DNA of 63,892 nt, counting the filler, from Craspedostauros australis (taxonomy: Eukaryota): the NCBI GenBank assembly GCA_030167865.1. It is 12 parts of 12 records of this genome, joined end to end, with 100 filler letters (N's around TTAATTAATTAA, not from the genome) between each part and the next. Parts side by side here need not be neighbours in the genome. Positions count along the whole stretch, not along the records: positions 44,033 to 59,345 come from JALAGF010004535.1; positions 59,446 to 61,302 come from JALAGF010004542.1; positions 61,403 to 63,892 come from JALAGF010004551.1; 9 more parts are not named here. One strand, 5' to 3'. The notes under the pieces are model-generated. The model saw only the letters and a list, made by a program, of their open reading frames with translations, was not told the DNA's origin and did no database searches. How positions within the stretch are numbered: position 1 is the stretch's first letter; every line of letters starts with the position of its first letter. The position numbers and the translations under genes are program-made. This document shows positions 56,031 to 63,892 of the stretch, piece after piece.

Positions 56031-56801
56031 ATGAGACTATCCGCATCCCGACTGCTGTCCGTCCTGTACGTGACCGGCGCCGCATCCAGGACGTCCGGAC
56101 TTGCCACCATGCGGCACGCTGCATTCGCGCCTGCCTGGACACAACCGCATCACATGCGCAGCCGCCATCTGCAGCTGAACCAACTGCAAAGACGACAATC
56201 GTCATTCCTGACGCCGCTGTTCAGCAGCCCGAAGGAGGAGGTCGATCCCGGCGTCGTGGACGGCACGGACCTGCGCGTCGCCAAGTACCCCGCCCCCAGC
56301 CTGCGCGCCGCCAACGCCGCGATCGCGGAGGAGGAGCTGAAGGACGGCAGCATCGCCAAGCTGGCCAAGGAGATGTTCCTCGTGATGTACGCCGCGGAAG
56401 GCGTGGGACTGGCCGCGCCGCAGGTGGGCGTCAACAAGCGCCTCATGGTGTACAACGACACGGGCGATCGCACGAAGTGGCTCAAGGAGACGGTGCTCGT
56501 CAATCCGCGGATCGTCGAGTTTTCGGAGGCCAAGGATGTGGAGGCCGAAGGGTGTCTGTCGTTTCCGGACATGAACGGCGACGTGGAGCGGTCCAAGTGG
56601 ATCAAGGTGGAGGCGTTGAGTCTCAAGGGCAAGAAGATCAAGAAGAGGTACAAGGGATGGGAGGCGCGCATCTTCCAGCACGAGTACGATCATCTGGACG
56701 GCGTGGTGTACATCGACCGATTAACGGAGGAAGGTCGCAGCGAGGTGCAGCCGCGTCTCGACGAGCTCATTGAAGAATTCGGAGAGGGTGGGTCGCTGTA
56801 G
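56031..56801 (+). CDS. def: Peptide deformylase, PDF1B-type, with N-terminal organelle (probably plastid) presequence
   Basis: Motifs GVGLAAPQVG, EGCLS and HEYDH. About 70-aa N-terminal extension containing AAFAP. Confidence 0.95.
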   Translation: MRLSASRLLSVLYVTGAASRTSGLATMRHAAFAPAWTQPHHMRSRHLQLNQLQRRQSSFLTPLFSSPKEEVDPGVVDGTDLRVAKYPAPSLRAANAAIAEEELKDGSIAKLAKEMFLVMYAAEGVGLAAPQVGVNKRLMVYNDTGDRTKWLKETVLVNPRIVEFSEAKDVEAEGCLSFPDMNGDVERSKWIKVEALSLKGKKIKKRYKGWEARIFQHEYDHLDGVVYIDRLTEEGRSEVQPRLDELIEEFGEGGSL

Positions 56802-57035
56802 ATTGAGTGGAGGACGATCTAGAGAGAGTCGACAGGCGTTGTCGTTGGCTCGTTGGCTTGAGGGGTACAAGTTGCTGCGCTGTCTTCAGAAGGGCACTCG
56901 TGCTTACCCATGGCCGGGGTGCAGGTATGGTACCGTGCTGAATCCACACACTCCAATTCAAACACTTTTATGCACACATATTATATCAGCTGAATATGTT
57001 GTAGAATATAATTGTACTCGGAGTGTGGGATAGGT

Positions 57036-58861
57036 CTAGTGTCTTTTGGCTTGGGTGGAGGCCAATTTTTTTGGTTACCATTGGTAACAATTGGTAACTA
57101 GTCGTATGAGTCAATTTCTCCGTAGACGCTGGTACATTTTGTACGTCAGTCCCACTCGAAGCCGCCCAACAAACACCTTTTCTGCCACAAACCTCCTCGG
57201 CAAGTTCATGCCGCTCCATTTGTTTGAGCTCTCCTTTTGTGAGCATTCGCATGTGTGGCTTTTAATCACCCTCTCCAAGTTTGGCGGCGATTGGTTGGGT
57301 AGTGGTCGAGATCTGTTTGTTTCTTTGGAGCAGGCACTCGTTGATCCCATTCACGAATGACAATCACCGCGATGTATCGTGGAGAATTTCTGTGTGCCCC
57401 AGCGCGTGTTAACACGCAGTGGAAATGATCACAAAACATTGTGGTGCCAACCGATGTGTTCTTCACATACTATGATCAGTTCCTTATATCCTGATATCAT
57501 CCATTGCGACTTCGTTCATCGTATTGCATTGTAGTTGATGATATGGTTGATACTTTCTACAATAGCATTTTAGTTCTACTCCAGAATACCGTACACCAGC
57601 AACCGTCTTGGCAACAGCAACTTTGATGCATGTGTATTGTTGCATCCATCCTGCTTGGGAGAGCAATGATCCCTTGGTTAGCAGCAGCACACAATAGCAG
57701 TCCAGAATAGAGCAGAGTCGACTGTTTCACACTGAGGAGTCCAATCTCGCCATGCTCTGATCGCTCTTCTTTGGATCTTCCGCATCGCTGAGCATGTGCA
57801 ACTGCGCCGCGCAGAATTTCCACGCCATGTGCGCGCATTTTAGCATGTGTCATGTGCGCAATGTAGAGGCCAGTGTTCGATTGGCCATAGTTGTGCTGGA
57901 GATCAGTATAGAACATCAGGCTACCTGCACAGAACGGTTCGAACGCGGTTTGATAGAGCACGAGCAGTGACTGTGTCAACGACCCTGCCCATTGCATGAG
58001 CGTAGCAACCGGTGTCAATGAAGATACTTGTGGCGCGTGATCAGGAAGCAGTGTTTCCTCGCAAGGATAGTACGCAGTAAAGCGACGAGATGAACTTGCA
58101 GTTGGTAAATCTTTGGAGGAAGTGAGATTCGAAGACCAAGACTACATGGGCAGGTGCAAGAGAGGATTCTGCGTCAACTGAAAGCAACAGCACGATGATC
58201 CGACATCAGCGCGATGCACAACCTTGCATCAAGTAAAGAGACTCATGCGAGCCAAACAGTTCGAATCAACAACACGTAGAAACGCACGATAATTTTTTGG
58301 CGCGAACTTTTGTGCGTTCACGGATTGATGATCATGGCTGTCACGAGCATTAGTGACTAACTTCAAACACCCAAAGCAACACACAAAGGCATCCTGGACC
58401 GCTGAACAACACATCACCCGAAGCAGAATGAAGTGACGAATACAGCCATGTCATTCACTTGACCAATAGACGAAACAGAATTGGATGCGGGTCTTTGGAA
58501 GGCAGTCGGTCGAGATTGGACGAAGAAGCAACAAATTTATGTACCAGAACGTCGTAGACTCTACGCGGTTACCAATGGTTACCAACGAAAAAATACCAAA
58601 ATCACGTCCGTACGTCGTCCGTACGAAAAAGGCCGATAAAGGGTAAAAAGAGGCATCGAGATGAACATGAAGCGGAGACCGTTTGCCTACAATGAACACA
58701 TCAACAGAGAGCTCTCACTCTCTTCTTTCTAATAATGTAAAGATGTCAGGCAACGGGCATCAACTCATCGAATGGTTGCTTGTGCCGTCGGCGATATGCC
58801 AATGGTTACCAATAATTACCAATAATTACCAAAAAACCGGAAATTAGCCAATAGCCACTAG
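57036..58861. mobile_element. Candidate degenerate TIR DNA transposon (Mutator/hAT-like)
   Basis: Left end CTAGTGTCTTTTGGCT vs reverse-complemented right end CTAGTGGCTATTGGCT. Repeated TTGGT(A/T)AC subterminal motifs in inverted orientation at both ends. Confidence 0.5.
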
Positions 58862-59445
58862 AGTTGTTCATCCGCGTGGGTATTCATTGTGGTGTCTGTT
58901 TGAGCTGTCCCTGCTTGCTTTGCATATCCACGAGGAAATTTTCATGTCTCAGGAGACAAAATCGGGCCTTTTTGTCTCCTGAGACAAGGCACCCGGATGT
59001 GGACCAAGATTGTTGTCTCAGGAGACAAACTCAAAATTAGTGTGGTAAATTAACACGGAGCAGAAAGACAGCAGACTCAATCGAGTAAAACCAAAAACAG
59101 CAACACCCAAAACCGCAATTGTCTCCTGTGCTTTTCCGACCAGGAACCCAAATACTGCATACTTTCCTGTGCTTTTTTACCATCAGCAGTGATATGTTGG
59201 CTTCGTTGATATCTGACTAAACAACTCACTGCAGAGCACATGAATGACATAGTTCTTGTGTAAAATATGCATGGTGTTGTCTAGCTGTTGCTGTACTTGC
59301 TTGCTATGGGATTGAGGGGGCAAGAGTCAGGTATCTTCGTCCCCTNNNNNNNNNNNNNNNNNNNNNNNNNNNNNNNNNNNNNNNNNNNNTTAATTAATTA
59401 ANNNNNNNNNNNNNNNNNNNNNNNNNNNNNNNNNNNNNNNNNNNN

Positions 59446-59703
59446 GGTAAGTACTCATGGAGTAGAAGCCAGTACTGAATGAACGAAGTGTCGAATGCGG
59501 AGCACGCATCGAACACGGAGTATCGTGTAGCACGAGCACACGATGTTGAGAGAGAGAATACAGAGAGGAGCGAGAGAGGATCTCGCGTACCGACTCATAG
59601 TCGGAGACTGAATCAACAAAACAGATTGAAGCGCCGAGAGCATCGGGCAAGAGAACGAACGGACACCGAGAGTATCGGAGTGCCAACGTAATGAAATAGC
59701 AAA
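59446..59703 (+). mobile_element. Copia LTR family B, copy 4 (partial 5' LTR upstream of gag)
   Basis: Matches 47904-48170 and lies directly upstream of the gag ORF. Confidence 0.88.
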
Positions 59704-59850
59704 NNNNNNNNNNNNNNNNNNNNNNNNNNNNNNNNNNNNNNNNNNNNNNNNNNNNNNNNNNNNNNNNNNNNNNNNNNNNNNNNNNNNAGGGCGAGCCCGC
59801 GAATCGTATCGTGCGAGGAAGACGAACATCATTCAAGAGCAGCAGGCTGA

Positions 59851-61302
59851 ATGAGCGAGGAAGAGGAATTGAGAGAGATCCCTCTGTCCAATCCGGCTAT
59901 CAAGAGAGAAGAAGGTGCAAGTGAGACTCCACCACGACAAGAAAAGGAAGCAGCCGCGGCTACTGTCCTATCAGGCGCAGACGCAAGCGCAATCGACGAG
60001 ACCGAAGAAGAACGGTCTGCAAGACTACATCGTAAGGAGAAGAGGATTCTCAAGACGGTCAAGCAAGAGGAGACTGGTGTGACGAAGAGCATTCGCACAG
60101 CCAAACAGGGTGGGAAAAGTGAGACACCACCAGGAGGAGAATTTGTGAGCAAATCAATCCTCGCGAGACAACAAGCAAAAATCGAAGAATCGGCAACACA
60201 GAAACCGACGGAAATCAAGGGCGCGAGCGCACCAACGACAAAACAACGAACCAACATGGCGACATCAGCCAACATGAACAAGCGACGCATCAAGGCGCCA
60301 ATGTTCAGCGGTGAACAGGAAGACTACANNNNNNNNNNNNNNNNNNNNNNNNNNNNNNNNNNNNNNNNNNNNNNNNNNNNNNNNNNNNNNNNNNNNNNNN
60401 NNNNNNNNNNNNNNNNNNNNNNNNNNNNNNNNNNNNNNNNNNNNNNNNNNNNNNNNNNNNNNNNNNNNNNNNTGGGATGCGACTGCTTCAGCGATCTGAT
60501 CCTCATGATGGATGCAGAGAAAGGAAAAGGTAAGCAGGCCATCCAGTACATCAACCAATGCATCTCCAACGACTACCCCGAAGGAGACGCACACGGAGCG
60601 TGGAACGTTCTCGCGGAGAAGTTCCGACCATCCGACGCGGCGACGAAGATCAAACTCAAGCGCCAATTCAACAACGAAAAGATGAAGAGAGACACGGACC
60701 CCGACATCTACATCACGCAACTCGAGANNNNNNNNNNNNNNNNNNNNNNNNNNNNNNNNNNNNNNNNNNNNNNNNNNNNNNNNNNNNNNNNNNNNNNNNN
60801 NGTGAGCGTGGAATACAAAACCCACGTCGTGAACTTCCAACACCAACTCACGTTCAATCCAGAACTGGTTACCATCAACACGATCAGAGGAGTACTCTGC
60901 ACTGCATACGCCACGCACAGAGGAGGCAAAGCATACGTCGACGACTTCCAAGATAGTAACACGAAGAACAACGACACCGGCTTCACAAGCACTGGTAACT
61001 TCAAGGGTACTTGTCACAACTGTGGCGTGTATGGCCATAGATCCGCCGATTGCCCAGAACGCAAGAAATCGAACAACAAGAAAAACAACAACAACAACAA
61101 CAACAAAATGAACGGAAAGCGCAACAAGGGAAGTGGCTTCAAGGGCAAGTGCAACTACTGCGGCATCTTCGGACATCGTGAGGCGGAGTGCCGAAAGAAG
61201 AAGTTCAACGAAAGCAAAAAGAACAACGAACAAGCCAACGCGGCTACGGAAGGACACGACAAGAGCGGGCACGAGATGGTACTCTCAGCAAAGGACATGC
61301 CG
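59851..61302 (+). CDS. Copia gag with two CCHC zinc knuckles (gapped, runs into contig end)
   Basis: PMFSGEQEDY; GDAHGAWNVLAEKF (UBN2-like); CHNCGVYGHRSADC; CNYCGIFGHREAEC. Confidence 0.9.
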
Positions 61303-62384
61303 NNNNNNNNNNNNNNNNNNNNNNNNNNNNNNNNNNNNNNNNNNNNTTAATTAATTAANNNNNNNNNNNNNNNNNNNNNNNNNNNNNNNNNNNNNNNNNN
61401 NNAGTCGTTACCAACGCTGCAATTCCACGCGAGCTCTTCATCTCTTGGAAGCCCGGACATCTCCATTCGCAGCTTTGAAAGCGGCAGCAGCCACAGCTTC
61501 ACCACGGAGAGTTTTGATTTTGAATGAATGCCTACATCGATGTGATGTGATGATACGATGGGATGGATGAGATGGAATGAGATGTGTGGATCGCTTCGTA
61601 CTCGTATCATACTCCTTGAGGTGTGATAGATCCACGTCCCTGCAATGTAATACACCTACGAATAGACTGTAATGTTCTATAATATGTATGATTGGAGCAG
61701 TACCGCATGCACTACATCTGCTGGTGCAATAGAACGCTGTGATGAAGTCACTGGATGTTTCATGAGATTGAAGGGCTGGATACTGCTCCCACGCTGCCTC
61801 CGCCTTGTCTATGACTACTCTGGTGTGCTCTCTACGGTACAAACGCACACAGGGATGTTGCCAATGCCCTTCACGAGCAGATTGGACGTCGGCGGTTCCA
61901 TCCACGCTCCGCCATCAGCATCATTGTTGGTTCGGTGCGCAAACAAAGGACGCATGACAGCAGCATTGTTACAAGCCGTGCGGTCATCAGTGTGCCACCG
62001 GATTCGCACACAGAGCACTCTACTGCAAGTCGCACTGCCAAGCAGACTGAAAGCGACAGTGCCGATGCCAGCCGATCCAAGTTGCTGGAAGAGGCGATCT
62101 ACGAAGAGCACACGGCGAACAAGGTGGAGGGAGATGGTGAGAAGCCGCGAGGAGCATGGTTGCTGCGCGATTCCATCGACCGTCTCGTATCACGCTATTG
62201 TCCTCATCTCTCCATGAGTTGCACTCCCGCCATTGCGCCAAAACTGCAGTCGAGACCCTTGCCAAGCCCCAGAAGGAGCGATCACTCACTGTTGGAGCAA
62301 CAAATGGCGGGGTCACCATCCATTCCAATCTTCGAAGCGAGCAGTGCCAGCGTGGTGGAAAAACAAGAACCGACGAGCCAGCCC

Positions 62385-63892
62385 TGTGATATTGGTTCCA
62401 GATGTCAGCACTGTGAGACCGGTGTGTGCAGTGGTGAGATCGTGGGCTCTGGTTTGGAGGTAAATTGGTAATCGCTAGTTGTCGATTTAGTTGGTTTGCA
62501 TTGTTGAGTTGATTGAACTCTCAGTTTATGAGATGATGACGAGATGTTGTTCTGTCAGAATGCAAGTTGCAGGGTCAGCAGCATCTCCCGTGTAATTCGT
62601 CGTGATCATCATCCTCATTCGTTTTGGGTCCTCGCAATACACCGTGTTGTACTTCATTTGGTCTTGGGTTGCGATGGCACTCCGAGGTCGTGCTCGGTTG
62701 GTCGATAGTTATCCAGATCCACGATCGATCCAGAATCTTCGCCGTGTTTGATTGAACATAACACACAAGGAACATTGTTGAAAAAATGGCGCGCATGGTT
62801 CCTGGAGTCGTGATTGATTTGATTGAGGCAAACTCTACTTGCGGGGAAAGGCATGGAATCGAAGGGAAACTGATTGATTATGAGCACAAGGCATGAGCCA
62901 TTTACCCCTGACGTGGTCTCTACTGTGCTGCGTACGATTCAGCCGCTGATGCCCTGTCTAACGCCCAATTAACCGAAATAACGCTCGCGTCTCCTTGGTC
63001 CCCTCGATATGCGGTGGCTGTGGTTCCGTCAGATCGTCTCATTCTCTCGCTGTCATTGTCGCTCTTTCTCGTACGGTATGTACCTGCTGCATGCCCTCAC
63101 ATTAGGACACCACAGGGCGCTCATCCCATCCACTGAAGAGTTACTCCTCAGCAGACCATCCGGTGGGCACTGTCGCGCAGCTTCGATGCATTAGAAGAGA
63201 ATTCGCTGAGCTTGCTCTCTCCTTCGTGGTCCCAGCTGAGGCTTGGTTAACATGTCAGCCAGATTGGTTTCCGATGGTTCGTATCGAATGGTTGCCACTC
63301 CAGCAGCCACATTCTCCCGAACGAAGTGGTATGCAATTGCGTTGGCCTTCTTCCTGAGTTGTGATTCGGGTGCGGATGTGTTGTAGACGACGCTCTGATT
63401 ATCGACTCTGATGTCGGCTGGTCCATCCAAAGGAACACCCATCATTCGAAGCTTGTATCTCATGCCAATCACAATCTCCATGGCTGTCTTGAGTGCTGTG
63501 AATTCTGAACCAAATGTAGAAGTCTCGATGCCGTTCTGCTTCTTGCTGTACCATAGGATGGGTGAGGAATTTAAACAAAGCAAAACACCTGTGCGTGATC
63601 TGCGAGTGACTTGGTCACCAGCATGATCCGCATCAACAAAACACGTCATTTGCACTTCCTTGCCTCTCGGTTCCGGCATGTCTTGAGGTATCAGTTCGCG
63701 TGCATCAGGATAGAAAGAAGTCCAATCCGGAGTCTGGATGTTGCCCTTTTCGATGTAGGCGTCATCAAAGACCAGTCGTGATCGGTCATGTGAGTTCAAA
63801 TAAGAGAAGATGTGAAAGAGAGCACGCAAGTGACCAGTTCGTGGCGCTGCACAGTATGTTGACATCATGCTCGTTTCGCAGCATATGTCGAT
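62385..63892 (-). mobile_element. Copia 3' end: RT tail/RNase H and probable 3' LTR (~63000-62385)
   Basis: Pol ORF; purine tract GAGGGGAC near 63005; candidate LTR end ATATCACA at 62385. LTR limits are uncertain. Confidence 0.7.
63191..63892 (-). CDS. Copia pol C-terminus (RNase H), diatom CoDi-type
   Basis: PRTGHL, DMPEPRGKEV, FVDADHAGD, WYSKKQ, ETSTFGSEF, VDNQSV, NLADMLTK. Confidence 0.93.
   Translation of the reverse strand: MDICCETSMMSTYCAAPRTGHLRALFHIFSYLNSHDRSRLVFDDAYIEKGNIQTPDWTSFYPDARELIPQDMPEPRGKEVQMTCFVDADHAGDQVTRRSRTGVLLCLNSSPILWYSKKQNGIETSTFGSEFTALKTAMEIVIGMRYKLRMMGVPLDGPADIRVDNQSVVYNTSAPESQLRKKANAIAYHFVRENVAAGVATIRYEPSETNLADMLTKPQLGPRRREQAQRILF

Noticed and set aside
56031..56801. 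Peptide deformylase as bacterial contamination or recent HGT
   Set aside because: It has a eukaryotic targeting extension and eukaryotic flanks. Nuclear-encoded organellar PDFs are standard.
4538..61358. Regularly recurring TTAATTAATTAA as a biological repeat or piggyBac TTAA target
   Set aside because: It is always embedded in fixed N runs and has stops in all six frames, so it is an assembly linker. Gene neighbourhoods across it were not interpreted.
61403..62384. Coding potential in the 150-180 aa ORFs
   Set aside because: No recognisable motif in any frame, so no call can be supported.

Overview
Eukaryotic, most likely diatom (inferred from the gene families, Copia types and a bipartite plastid presequence) draft-assembly sequence. 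It is not one locus: 12 contigs are joined by 11 artificial N-TTAATTAATTAA-N linkers, so adjacency across a linker is meaningless. Host genes: an intron-containing SAM methyltransferase, a TruA-family pseudouridine synthase, an RNI-like LRR protein convergent with a ~1550-aa STAND/AAA_16-TPR NTPase (plus a paralog fragment), a vWA-alpha-kinase, a plastid peptide deformylase, and a disrupted ShKT/thioredoxin-fold ER protein. One contig carries three tandem GT61 glycosyltransferases, an SGNH-fold membrane protein with substituted catalytic residues, a TPT/SLC35-type nucleotide-sugar transporter and an SV2-like MFS transporter. The rest is rich in mobile elements: several Ty1/Copia pol/gag pieces, an ~800-bp LTR in 4 copies, a 5'-truncated LINE with a 16-bp TSD nested in another repeat, piggyBac and Harbinger remnants, and signs of CpG decay. 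Best candidates for undescribed systems: (1) a Golgi glycan/EPS-decoration gene cluster and (2) a tail-to-tail STAND NTPase + LRR pair resembling a split NLR. Both are inferences needing synteny and expression tests.
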